Assembly (NCBI GenBank): GCA_051294905.1
Contig: CM119373.1
Coordinates: 1,490,001-1,554,000 of the forward strand
DNA from: Botryllus schlosseri
Lineage: Eukaryota
Length of the DNA: 64,000 bases
Direction: 5' to 3'
The notes beneath the pieces are model-generated. The model was not told the origin of the DNA and made no database searches. It saw only the letters and a program-made list of their open reading frames with translations. Shown here piece after piece: positions 1 through 12,745 of this stretch; within the stretch, counting starts at the first letter, position 1, and each line of letters begins with the position of its first letter. A program made the position numbers and the translations under genes.

Positions 1-720
1 CTCCATGTCATACATACCCGTAAAACGTAGCATATAAATACTAGAAATGCATTATTTTTATTGTGTGAGTCTTTGGTCGCGACTTGCCACTTAAACGATC
101 ACGCGGTTTTAAAAGTTCCAGAACTAATGTTATATATGTTGTACCAACATCTAAGGCAGTGACTCCCAAACTGTGTGATGTCGCATATTCTCAGCTGTGA
201 TGCTAGTCTTTTAGGGACTTTGGCAGCAACATTGTATAATATTGAATACCTTACATGCATACAAGGAGATAAGACTATAAATCAGGTTAATATCTTCAGC
301 AGGCTGATATATAAGCAGATTTGGCCATTTTTATGAAACTAATCGCGACAATGCCGATGAATGGGTTGATATCTACATCATCACTAGGTAGCTGGATGAA
401 CCTTTTTAATTTGATTCATATGGACTCATGAACTGGAAATCATGCCACAAATCATGAGCGCAGCGTTTGCAAGTCCATACTTACACTTCAACAATAGTTC
501 TCAGGATTTGCTGCAAACAGATGTAGGTCGGTACTCGGTACTTAATCCATTGGAAAGCCTCATTGATTTATGAAACGCCCCGACTGTTCAAATGCTTTCT
601 CCACGTAAAGTTTTGGATGTATCCTTCCAATTCATGATCCATAATGCATGCAATCAAACTTTATCATTTACACCTTATTTGGTGTGTAAACATCTAGTTT
701 TGACTGAAATTAAAAGCAAC
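1..720 (+). repeat. Segmental duplication block X, paralogous to 63260-64000
   Basis: Colinear diverged match, e.g. tccatgtcatacat...ctttggtcgcgacttgccac...gttgtaccaacatctaaggcagt, at both ends of the window. Confidence 0.95.
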
Positions 721-1078
721 GGAGAGACATTGCTCGAAAATAAAAGAAATGCGACAATGTTTGTTAAAAATTAAACATCGGTTCAATCGTATATACATGT
801 TTGCAAAAACAAGCATGGCCAACGCGTCAACACGTGAATAGATTTTAAGCTATACTTTCTTGTAAGTGTAATGCGAGAGTCAAATAATATCTCTAACGTA
901 CCACAAGCCGAAAAAGTTTAACCCTCATACTAATAACAATGATGTTGCGCGATGCTCGTTATGGCGATCTTGATATGAATGTAGATCGTGAATCCATTGA
1001 TGGCAGATCGCTGGAGCTATATAGCAGAGAGCGCTGTCATGCGCATGATAAGTTACAATGGACGGAGCATGTCATAGT

Positions 1079-1271
1079 CAATGTTCCGTCTAAGGTGCGC
1101 CCGTCCATTAATGCGCAATGCTGGCACGGTCTCTGCGCAAATAAAATCTAAGTTGCGCACAAAAAATTCGAAGTGATGACCTTTTTTTAGTCATCACGCA
1201 CTGTTGTCCAAGGGCCTGCGAAGTGAGTTGGTGAGTGTGCGCAGTATTGTCACAAATTAGAGGGAACATTG
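1079..1271. mobile_element. Short hAT-type (Blackjack-like) MITE
   Basis: TIRs CAATGTTCC/GGAACATTG; near-TSD GTCATAGT/GTGATAGT; empty paralogous site near 46845; relative at 54093-54287. Confidence 0.85.
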
Positions 1272-1962
1272 GTGATAGTGACACTCAATTAAATATATTA
1301 GTAAAGACAAAACAAACAGTTTAAAGCGACAGTGATAAATCAATGAAATAAATAAATCGAAATCAGCTAAATAGTTGGCACTGCAGCATCAGATGTTCGG
1401 GTTCGCATGAAAGCGATCTTTATTACAGGTTCGCTCGCTCAAACTCGATCTTAGCTTTAAGAGGTTTCGAAGGAACTTTTGCACCGACATTAACACACCG
1501 ATCTCCATATTTGAAGATCCAAACGGTGCTTTCATCAACATCTTCCGACTATAGACACAGACATTATGTGTTTTCCCTCTTCGATCCCGACTCCACAGCC
1601 CTGATGCTAACGGATTCCTAACGATATTTTCCATAGATAGGCCTGCACACCGACACACTTATTTTTCGCAGTTTTAGATCCGTACATTCTTAGCGAAAAG
1701 AAGGTGTATGCACAAGCACACTCCAAAAGGTGGTGCACGAAAACAGAACAAATCCCCGTTGCCTATGTACGTGACCAGAACTCACCCCATTTATAAGGTG
1801 TACATTGAAAATTTCAGCCCACCGATTAGAATTGGAATGGGTGTAATTTCCGTATTAACTGCAGTCAGTTCCTACTACTCCTTCGATACGCCATACTTGT
1901 GCAAATAAACAACAGATCCGACCTTGATTGCGTCAATTCTTTATGAATTGCACCGTAATAAC

Positions 1963-2805
1963 TAGTGCGTTTTTTTTTTGACATTTCAAAAATAGTCAAA
2001 ATTTTGTCAAAATTGTAGCGTTAGGTCAAAAATGTCAAAATTGTTTACAAAGTCAAAATTATTTTGCAACCTGCATTTCGTATGTACCGTAGATTTTGCA
2101 CTGTCGGTGAACTTGTCATTTGACATTTTACAGCTTGTATCCTATTTTATAGGCCTACCGTTGTAGACTGCGCGTTGTATGCTCATTGTGAATCATAAAC
2201 ACAAGCAAATATAGGTTGACACGGTGTTATGCTCAACGTACCGCAATATCCTAACTAAAGCAAGACTGCGTGGGCATTGCATGATTCTTATATCAAGAAG
2301 CGCATGATGAAAATTATTATGTAGACACCATTGAGAGAATGAACCAACACGGTTTGTCACCAGCAGTGTACGCACAATATCAGTGTTGTTAGCCAACAAC
2401 TGCTGCTGTTGAACGTTCTTTCTCCATTCATGGCAAGCTACTTAGTAAAAACAGACACTTTCTACCCGAGAATGTATGGAAGTATCTTTCGTTGTACCAA
2501 AAGAAATTGCATTTATTTCTACGATAATACGTGATGTAACTACTGGAATTCCTCATAGGGCAATGCAAACATTTGTCAGTTTTTCAGTCAAAAAAGTTTT
2601 TTCAGGCCGAACTACTTCGTAAGGACAGACAGCCCCAACCATAAATGAAGATAAGTAGTACAATTCTAACATTATATGAAAACACACCTAATTGGCACAT
2701 TGCACACGTTTGCTCAATATTAAGTTTTTTGAGGTAAAAAAAGTCCAAATTTTGATTTTTTTCACTTCAAAATCTTCCGTTTTATACGAGAAAAAGATCG
2801 ATCTA
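1963..2805 (+). mobile_element. Diverged non-autonomous hAT element (TAGGGCG family), SINE-free copy
   Basis: Homologous to 44391-45551 and 52707-53882; GTCAAAA subterminal repeats; remnant motif PTTAAVERSFS (hAT dimerisation domain) near 2393-2430. Confidence 0.85.
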
Positions 2806-3089
2806 TCTATACCATAAATAGAAGGATATTTCGTGAAATAATGAAGAACAGAGAATCCGACAAGGAAGAAACAAAATTCAGTGAAAACAATCCTCGAAGA
2901 AGATTGTCGTGTAATATCGAGAAATCGTCTTCTCCTGATTTTCATAAAACACTCTTGAACCGTCGAACGTTGCGTCACTGTCTTTCAGTAAGAACTTGTG
3001 GCAGTATCCTGAAATCAAACCGAATATTCACAACGCAATCAATAGGCACATAGGCTAATACAATTTCAAACTGGAATGTTGATAACTAA

Positions 3090-6000
3090 GGGTGGATTGC
3101 ACAGATGTCGATTAATCCCTAATCGCCGATTAAACGTCAGTAATCGGCTGGCTTCCGTGACACAGATGCCGATCTGCAACTAATCGGTGAATTTTAATCG
3201 GCCAAATGTTATCCGCCGAGAGAGGTGTCTAGAAAGTTAATCGGCTGTGTGCTTCGCGTTGACTGCGGTCCGGGCTGGCTATAGGTACACTAGTATTTGG
3301 TATTGAGATGGTGTTAACTGGATGCTCTGACGTGCAGTTGCGGTATTACCTGAAAATATTGTACTCAGACACTACTACAACTGTTGGCGCATATTATGGG
3401 CGTGGGCCTACCACAGCCGATAGTACCTTATGCTATGATTACCGGTATGACATTTTTTACAGACTGTACACTGTACAGAATTCGATAGTATACTTTGGTA
3501 ATAAAATAGGAGGACGGAAAATTGCAACAGACAAGAAGAGTTTAGAATAATTGAATTGATAGAAGAATATATTGAAAACAAGGAAGACAAAAAGACTGAT
3601 GGCAAAACAAAAGATGCGGCCTGAGATGTAATGAGTTAGAAATATGCAGCTATGAATAGTAGTCCTGCGCGTGCAGCCGTACAACTGGCCAAATCCAGAA
3701 TGTATTGAAAAATTTGAAACGAAAAGCAAAAAAGACATATGCATCACAACACGTCGAACGGGCCAAAACTGGCCCACCTCCAGTTGACGAACTCCTTGGA
3801 AAAGGTTTTTGATAGGTAATTTTACTGGCAATTCTTTAAAATTCGCAGTAGGAGATGTATTGTTTCCATCGGTGTGTATCGTGACTCTCTGCGTGCTTCA
3901 TACTCACGTTTTAACGCTCGTTTTGAACTGAATAGACAAATTTTGATGATCATGAAAACATGGATTTATTGTCTTTTTGTAATTCCCAACAAACTAACCA
4001 TAGCCAGAGACTGCTGCACGTCATCAGCTATACGAAAACGACACATGGGGAACACTGCTCGGCAAATTCCTAATCTGAAATTGATTTTTATAGCACTGGT
4101 ATATTTATTATCACTTTTCAGACCTTATTCCATCTCAAATTGAATGTTTGAAACATCGGTATGACTACGATTGCGTATTCGATAGTCACATGAACAATGG
4201 TGAGTGCATTTAGGACATCAACTTTTTTAATATGTTACAACCAACGGCAGAGGAACTTGCATCCAATTTTAACTTGCAACAGTCTGGCTTTGCTACTGTG
4301 CGTGTGCAGGTGCCTGAGCAGTATCGTTGGCCATTATTATTGTTAGGCTTGCAACTTGACTTGAAGATTTGACTTCGAGTCAGGATTTCTCATACCGTAT
4401 ATCATATTGAAGCAGTGACTCGAGTCAAATCCATTCATCCTATTACAACTCGAGTCAAGTCATGATTTTAGTCCTCCATGCTTCCTATGTTTCGCGGGGT
4501 TAAGATAAACCGTGAAAAAATCATTTGAAAGTAACTTATCTAATGTATTTCTAACTAACATTTTTAAATAATATGTTTATTCAGATGCATATTCCGAAGA
4601 TTCAGTTTGCACCTTCATCGTCGACGAGGATGTGAACACAGAGGCTGGTTCTTCATGTCACAACAGCGATGGTAAGTTGAGGTACTAATTTGAAATCCAT
4701 ATGAATAGTGTTGGTACTAACATAGCCACACGAATACTTCAAATAGAACATTGCGGGTTGTTCTGATTGACATTAACATTGCTCTATTGAATTTGAACTC
4801 TATTGAATCAATACAACTGTTGTTAACCATAGTTTTCTTGCAGCAAATGAAATTGCTGCCTTTTCGTTGCTGATGGCGATGTGACGCTTCCTTCAGTTCC
4901 CTCGACAGACTTCAGGATGGAACACCAGACCGGTAAGTGTTAGCATACAAAGATGGTGATGCAACCCACAGTTTATTCATTACTACATTCAGATATGCAA
5001 GATGAAACAGAGAACACAAAAAGCTCAACGGCAATTGTCTTGAAAAAGAGAGCCAGGTGTGTTGCTGAAAAATCATATTTTAACTATAATGTTGGTGATC
5101 AAAATGTGGTGTTCAGAAATGAGCGTCCTGGAAATGGCAAAGAAGCAGCATGATATCAGAATGAAATATTTTGAATTACAGATGCATATCAAGTACCAGA
5201 AACTGGAAATGGAAAAAGAACTGCAAAATTGAGAAAATACAGCAACAAATCGAAATAGCACAAAAACCAGACTTGGACAACTAGTTAATTGGCTGTATAA
5301 TTAGAATAGTAAGTGCAAAATGCCAGTAATATATTTCTAACTTAATTTATGGTTTTGCTGAAAATTCTACAGTACAACTCTAGAATACTTAGTAGAGTTG
5401 TGCAGATTTCCAAATTTTGATATAATTGAAAAATGACTACTGTGTCTATAATTCTATTCTAATTTGGAAAAATATGCAGCCATAATTATCATCATAGTCT
5501 AATAATTTTGAAAATCTGATTTTCTAGTTGTCCAATTCTGACTACAGCATAGGTTACTGGATCTCGTAATAAAAATAATCGACGAGGAATTGAATGTGTG
5601 GTTATTGGTGTTCAAACACGAGATGAAATACTCAAGACATTGTAGAGAAGTGGTTTTGAACTATCTGTCTGCGCTGAAGTCGTGCTCGGTTGTGCCTTCA
5701 CGTTATCGGTGTCGCTAACCTCCAGGGTATATTCCAATGGATTTGCTCGGTCTTTGACCAATCTTCTTGGCACTCTCTGTTCTGCTAGGCTATCTAACAT
5801 CTGGAGGGTAGCAAGAACATTGAGGTATGGATCCATTGTTATTCTCAGTCGATATTACACTATATTAATGTAGCTCTCTATAAAACAGGTTGTATTGAAT
5901 TTTATGGTTGACCAAATTCTTGATAAACTGAAGTGGGGTTTGGCTGTCAACAAACAAGATTACTCAACTGGGTAACAGCAGATAACTTTGCATTGCAAAA

Positions 6001-6760
6001 TTGTAACATAAATGCTTACTGTTGGTACAGCACTTGAGCACATGTATGCATATGACTTATTATATGATAACATCGTCACATTGCTCAACAGTTAGATCCT
6101 TGCAATGGCTGAAATTTACTTCTACACTCCCGCAGAGCCAATTGTCATTGGTATGGAGAAATCAAAATGGTACGGTATGCAAATGTGTGTGTATGAGCTC
6201 AATTTGTATATCTTCACATTGGTAAAGCGGCTATCATGACTAATGCACCAATAAACGGAAAATATAGTTCTATCTGAAAAGTATCTATCTAGATCTAGAT
6301 CCCTGAGTAATGAGATAAATGTCCTGCAATATACGAAATTTGTAGTAGAGTTTCTGGCACAGCAATACCGGTATAAGACGAAGATTTTGGTACGCTATTC
6401 CTACAATACCTCTTTTCATAACCTCAAAACGTTTGTTCTAACGTTCATAACCTTACACTGTGCAGTAGCAACAGCTTAGTTAGCTGCTATACGCACATGA
6501 CATCAACTAAATATACATATCTATGAAGAGCTCATCTCTCCGTTATGACGACACACTTCATATCGCCACCGAACGAAAACAGCTGATTGCTAACGTACGT
6601 CATTTGCGTCGATTTGCGTCAGTAATCCGCGATAAGATAACTCACAGGCGAATCCGTATCTGTACCACAGAGTCACCAGGTGACCTTGCTCGCTGATTAA
6701 ATTATCGCCGATTAAGGCAATCGGTGATTACTTTTCAATCGGCATCTGTGCAATCCACCC
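3090..6760. mobile_element. Decayed PIF/Harbinger DNA transposon
   Basis: TIRs GGGTGGATTGCACAGATG/CATCTGTGCAATCCACCC with TAA on both sides. Plus strand has spliced Myb/SANT-like gene remnants (3540-5232, ag/gtaag-bounded pieces). Minus strand has MDPYLNVL...RRLVKDRANPLEY, resembling a Harbinger transposase N-terminus (5836-5725). Confidence 0.88.
5268..5540. mobile_element. Small MITE nested in the Harbinger element
   Basis: TIRs CAGACTTGGACAACTAG/CTAGTTGTCCAATTCTG; related ends at about 34847 and 37385; TSD not clear. Confidence 0.65.
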
Positions 6761-7098
6761 TAAATGAAAAACAACAAAAATGGAAATCGTAATGAAGTTT
6801 ATATTTTCAAAAAGTACTGGCAAAAAAAATGATGTTTCACTTGATACGATATTGCTAGCATTTTGCTAAAGGTAACTCCAATGACTGAATGCATTTCTAA
6901 GATTCTGAACCTTTTAATTTGTGTGTTTTCGGCTACATCAATTCTAGTAGTAAGTGGAATCATACCAGCTTCAATTATAGAGTGCGATCACAATCTTTAT
7001 TTATTATAATATAAATTCTGATGCTTGTTGAGGACATAGATTCAAATTAATCATCGTAGTTGGCTTCTAACTTGCGATCCTGTTTGATGTATATATGT

Positions 7099-7781
7099 CA
7101 GGGGTGGCCAACCTTTTCATCCAAAGGGCCACATTCGATTGACCAGCTATTGCGCGGGCCACTAGCCGCGCCAAGCGAGAAAATTTTTCGAAGTTCATAG
7201 GTCAATAATATTGTCACTTGACTATATTGCGGGCCTGCTGTATATCGCTGCGCTCAGTTTGCAAGGACTGGACTATTCGACGCCTGGACATATCGATATC
7301 GAAAGCTTCGATCAACATGCGTCAATCATTTTGTGCCTAGGTTTCATAGTCGACGTTCTTTCTGCGAGCGCAAACATAGGTCGCATATGTTGAACGACAC
7401 TTTGTCTCGTAATCGCGAATATAGTTAGACTCAATCTGATACATTAGGCGTTATTTCATTTTCACAAAGGGGTAACAATACTAAAATCAAGAAATCGCGT
7501 GACAACATGTTGCGCGAAGCGTGTAGAAAATTTTTACTTTTGATAAATCAATCGCAAATTATTCTGCTTTATTGTACTGTACGAAGATTTACCAAAATGT
7601 GACTGGCTCATGGATCTGCCAATGCGTCGAAACTGATATTTTAGTCTTCACATCTCAAGTGTTGCGGCCAGACTATTCAAATTTTTGGTTGGCATTTCAA
7701 GTTCACAATCTGTGCAATCCATTTTTGATAATATTACTAATTTCGGAAATTACCTCGCGGGCAACCGGTTGGCCAGCCCTG
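7099..7781. mobile_element. hAT-Charlie-like MITE
   Basis: TIRs CAGGGGTGGCCAACC/GGTTGGCCAGCCCTG; imperfect 8-bp TSD atatatgt/atgtatat. Confidence 0.8.
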
Positions 7782-8319
7782 ATGTATATCATCTTTCAGA
7801 AATGGTCAGTGATGATGAACCTATTTTTTGAAATTAATTTTGCCTACTCTCAGTTCTTACTCAAGTATAGTTATGTTTTCAAATTACTTGAAGTTGCTTC
7901 TGGCACGCGTTATTTTGCAAAGTAGAAAGTAGTTTTGTAGCGTTTCGATTACATTGCGCGATATTTTTATTGTATTCGAACAGGCATATCACATTGAAAG
8001 CAACTAGGAAGTTACAAAGCATATTTGTAATGAATGCGACGCGAATTCCAACGGAATGATTTCGTGAAAGTCGTTACATGTCTGCCAATCCACGCCCGTA
8101 CGCGAGTTTAATTATATCATAGACATATCGCTGGCGATAAAAATCTTGAAACCATACACTTGAGCTACTACTTGAGCACGGATCTCAATGCGAGCCCTAA
8201 GCGTGACACACCTTAATCAACCAATGAACAAGTCAAACCCAATCTCTAATCTCTAATGTGCATATCATTAACATTGCATTCCTACCCAAACCGTCGATAA
8301 GTATAGATAACTATAAATT

Positions 8320-8830
8320 AAACTTTTATGTGTCCTGAGGTCACAAATGATGAACTTTTGTGTCCTGATTTCAAAATTCACAAAACCTAATACTGTTTAA
8401 ACAAAAAGCTCCGCACAAGAAAAATTCAGCGATCTAGAAAACCGATTAGAGCAGTGGTTCCCAACCTTTTTTTAGACACGCCCCCCTTTATGATAGTCAA
8501 AATTTTCGCCGATAATATCGAAACGATATCACACTTTGAAATAATTATCGGTGTCGGCCATTGGAGCTGAAAAGTTATCGGCAATTTTCAGGACGTCACA
8601 ACATGGCGGTGGGAAGTCAGAAAACTATAATCCTTGACTGCTAGACTGAAAATATTGATATATTTAATAGCTTAGACTTTAAAGGTGTCCAGATGCAGCC
8701 TTCCTAGTTTATTTCATTTTCAGGTATAACAATGGATGTGAAGATGTTCAAATAAATGCTCTGAAGCTTTAAAAATGTGCATATGTATATTGAACTTCTA
8801 TTGAAAAACGGTTGAATGTATTGGCTGTAT
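8320..8830 (+). repeat. Deleted paralog of 50735-52080 (intron, 30-bp scrap of the large exon, shared MITE)
   Basis: 8320-8428 matches 50735-50850; cagcgatctagaaaaccgattagag matches 51158-51182; 8510-8830 matches the MITE at 51740-52146. Confidence 0.85.
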
Positions 8831-8919
8831 GACGAAATATAGCAGGGGTAGCTAACACGTGGCCAGCCAGCCGCACGCGTAAGCCTAATTTGTCGAAAGG
8901 ATGAGATATGGACATTGGA

Positions 8920-10003
8920 CACTATAGCCTAATCCAGGTTTGTAATATTGTAGCAGATAAATTGACACATAAATATAATTATCAATGTGTCATAGTACTA
9001 AAATTTTCCAATCGCCGAACAGTCCATTGGTGTTACAGCCGTCTTTAACCGGCGATAATAACATCGACTACGGGACCCAAGATGCAACTGACCATATATT
9101 AAAGGGACAACAGAATGCTAATGCTTGTAATAAAGCCTTGATTTGAGAGCAAAATACAATGCTACGACATTTTGATCTATTACTACCTCCCTGGACAAGC
9201 GAATAATAATGTGTAGCTTACATAGTTATGACCATGTCAAGCCGAGTCACTCGGAGTCAACTCGAGTCATTCTCATATTGTCACCGAGTCAGTCCGAGTG
9301 ACTCACAATTTTTAGTCTCGAATCGTAATAAGGATCATGTTTTATTGTCATAATTAGGCTATCGACGTAATAGCAAATCTTCCATTGCATGGTAGCATTT
9401 CAAAGTGATATGATATAGTGGAGTTTGATCAGTAGTTTCGTGTTTTGGGGTCAAATTTAGAGTGATTTGTAACTTTCAAATCTGATAAAATGAAATGTAG
9501 CTCTTAAATATTGTCAAGTAATTGGAAATTCAAATTTCGACGCGGGCTGCGCAAGTTGTACTCGCAGTTCGCATATTTGAGAACCCTGGCTTAGAGCATG
9601 CGGATTACTACTTAAAAATCCAATGCTGTTGTAAATACGGAAGAGAATATGTAGCTTTGGCATGGCGTTACTGGTATATTGCGAAGTAATCGGAAAAATA
9701 TACGTGACAAGATCGTGCTTACGACTCTAGACCTCAAACTAAGAATTCCTCCCCGTGCAGGTCTGCAGACTAAGTTCGCATTTAAATTACGACGGAGTGA
9801 CCTATATGCTGAACCATACCACCGCGTACACGCAGTCTGACATAATGCATATTCTTTACTCGGACAACGGTCACTAAATGTCGCTAAATATTCACCACAA
9901 TAATTATATGTCAATGCGAGCGCCGGAATAGGCGTGCTAATTGTGCTATCGCCAAGCGCGCACCGATCCCGAAAAAACTCTTAGAATCTAACCGTAACGC
10001 AAC
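8920..10003 (+). repeat. Segmental duplication block W (copies at about 22960-24100 and 41865-43320)
   Basis: Shared colinear strings such as aagatgcaactgac, ctcggagtcaactcgagtcatt, catggtagc.ttt and cggtcactaaatgtcgctaaa. Confidence 0.9.
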
Positions 10004-11180
10004 AGTAGTTATTATGATCGCTCAACCGGTGGCAGGGGGGCAACTCTAAACGGCGGACCGCGGAACAGCGGAACATGTAATACTAAACGGCGGACCGAGC
10101 GGAACTGCGGACCGGGCGGACCATAACAAAATAGCTCAATACTAAACGGCGGAACGAGCGGACCGCGGAACTAGCGGAACTTGCAAAACTAAACGGCGGA
10201 CCGAGCGGAACTGCGGACCGGGCGGACCATAACAAAATAGCTCAATACTAAACGGCGGAACGAGCGGACCGCGGAACTAGCGGAACTTACAATACTAAGC
10301 GGCGGACCGAGCGGAACTGCGGACCGAGCGGACTACTACAAAGACCACAATGTAAACAACGGACCGCGGATCAGGCGTAACTCGCAAATGTCGCAATGCT
10401 CCTAATTTCTGAAAGGGTGCCTTTCATTTTGGCAATAAGGAGCATACCGAACATGAGGACATCTTGTCTAGGGTAACTATGGGGTGTCTTCAAGTGTGGC
10501 AACGTAGTACCAACACACCCCAAGCATACTCCAGACTTGCTGTTCAGGTTGCAATGCATTACGAACACACCTCAAACATGATGTCCGGGATGTAACACAG
10601 TACGAACACACCCCAGACATGATGTCCTGGTTGCAATGCAGTACTCTACTAGACACATCACAGACATGGTATATATCAACTATATCTCTGATCGATGGGA
10701 GATTTCTCTGTCTGTTTCTACTTGAGTAGTAAATATAATGAAAAGTAACTAGCTAACTCTGATGCTCTCTTGTCGATGGATGTTTCCATCACGACGGTGA
10801 TGGTGCTCTTAGTCTATCTAGCTAAATAAGGAAAGTACTTATTATTTTGGAACATGCCAGTAGGTTTTCATCTGCTCACTCTTCTAGTGGTTACGATTCT
10901 GGACTATATCCAAATTAACCGATTAATTTAAAGTTGAAATACGAACTGTTTACTTTCTGACATGTAGAGAGTAGTATTTTGCTCGAACACGATAATTTGG
11001 CAAGGGAAAGTTATAACAACTTTCTATATAAATCCCAGAAGGATTTCATCATCATCATCATTGGTTTATTGGCAATTTTATCAGTTCAATACACCACAAA
11101 AATGTGATACAATGAAAAGAGGAAGGTGTCGAAGCGACTTGGAGTAGTCTATGGAATGAGACACCAGCCTTGGCCTAGGC

Positions 11181-12497
11181 CAGGGGCGGGCAACTTCTCC
11201 AGGCGGCGGGCCGGATATAGAAAAATTAAGTACTTGGCGGGCCGGATTTCTGAATCGCTACATTATTCGCCCATTTATCCACATACACAAGGAATATATC
11301 GTATTTAATGGATGCATTTTAACGACAGCAATGTCACTTCAAAGCAATTTGTCGCCGATAATGACGAAGACAATGTGGATTTGAGAATAGCATTGTCATA
11401 CAGGCGCCGCCATGTCTCCTTCTATCTGATCAATCAACACACGAGTCACGATGCAATCCTTTATTAAGATTTCAAGAAATTCGATAACCCTGGTACCCCT
11501 AATTTACCAAGATATCAATTCATTATGGTGGAGTAGGTGACGAGATAGCGTCGTTGTTCAACTGTGTGGCCTGATTAATCTCGATATTGAATTCATGCGG
11601 TCCGCGTCCTCTACGAAATTTGAAAAGTGGCCTGCGACCCGTTTTGAGTTGGCGACCCCTGGTATAAGCGGTGTCCTACTAGGATTACCATACGTCCTCT
11701 TTTAAGAGGATTTTTCCTCTTTTTTGACTTTTTTGAAAGTGTCCTCGGAGGACGCCCAAATGTCCTCTTTTTGGATATTTTGTCCTCTTTTTTATTTGAA
11801 TTTTGGTCAAATATATGGCAAAGTCGACTGAGATACAGTGAATTAGCACTGAAGTAACGCTCCAGCGGCTATTTCAGAAGTTGAGCCGGTAAGTTGACCT
11901 TTTTTTAGTCAACCAACTGATAATGTGAAAGGAAAAACTGTATTTTGGGCGCTGAGCAAGAAAGTTGACCTTTCATTTTTTTAGTCAACCGACCACGAAG
12001 TGGGAAAAATTTACCATTTTTCAGGATTTTCCTCCGGTTTTGCGAGTCTGAAAAGTTTTAAAAAAGTGTCCTCTTTTCAGATTTCCAAGATATAGTAACC
12101 CTACTTCTTACAAAAGCCTAGAAGTGTGCCGTGCTACAAGTCGGCGGTTACGGAATGAAAAATAAGAAATATCAGTCTGGTGTAAATTATCATTGTAATC
12201 GACAAACACAATGATTACCACAAACGCAATTATGGTTGAGTACATCGTAAATGCCGATAATGCAAGTCTCGCTTCGACGAACTTCAGCGTAAGCTCCACT
12301 CTTGCACGCTGCGCATACATGTTGTATATCATAACATTCAGTCACTAAAATTGTAGGTAGTAAGCAAGTAGTGGGAAAGCTCGGCCGACTGGGGCCGCGG
12401 GCCACATTATCATGTAAAACGGAAAACTCTCCGCGGGCCGGACAAAATCCCTTCGCGGGCCGGATCCGGCCCGCGGGCCGTATGTTGCCCACCCTTG
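11181..12497. mobile_element. Composite hAT-Charlie-like element
   Basis: 8-bp TSD GCCTAGGC; ends CAGGGGCGGGCAAC/GTTGCCCACCCTTG; contains a further MITE and a SINE 3' part. Confidence 0.85.
11680..12103. mobile_element. hAT-Tip100-like MITE inserted in a SINE fragment
   Basis: Ends TAGGATTACCATA/TATAGTAACCCTA; GTCCTCTTTT subterminal repeats; splits the SINE string gcggtgtcttac|aaaagcctaga; inverted relative at ~54830-55155. Confidence 0.75.
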
Positions 12498-12647
12498 GCC
12501 TAGGCGATGTAAAGAGGAGGAATGCACCCTGAATGAAAAGTAAAGAAGATAGTATAGAAAAAAGCAAGCGACGAAATGAAAACGACGGGTCAGACAACAG
12601 ATTACACAAACACAAATCGTGGACAATGTAATAGCAGACTAAGATGA

Positions 12648-12734
12648 ATATGCTTGTCTCAAAGATTATAAGCCATGCAGGTGTAAGTATACGAACTGAA
12701 CGTAAAGTGAAACTGCGAACGGCTCATTAAATCA
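12648..12734 (+). pseudogene. 18S rRNA 5' fragment (non-functional)
   Basis: ATATGCTTGTCTCAAAGATTA..AGCCATGCA...GTGAAACTGCGAACGGCTCATTAAATCA matches the conserved 5' region of eukaryotic SSU rRNA, with small indels; only ~87 bp. Confidence 0.93.
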
Positions 12735-12745
12735 TTGCTTGAAGG

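Noticed and set aside
12648..12734. Functional rDNA locus
   Set aside because: Only ~87 bp with indels; no further 18S sequence after the LTR element.
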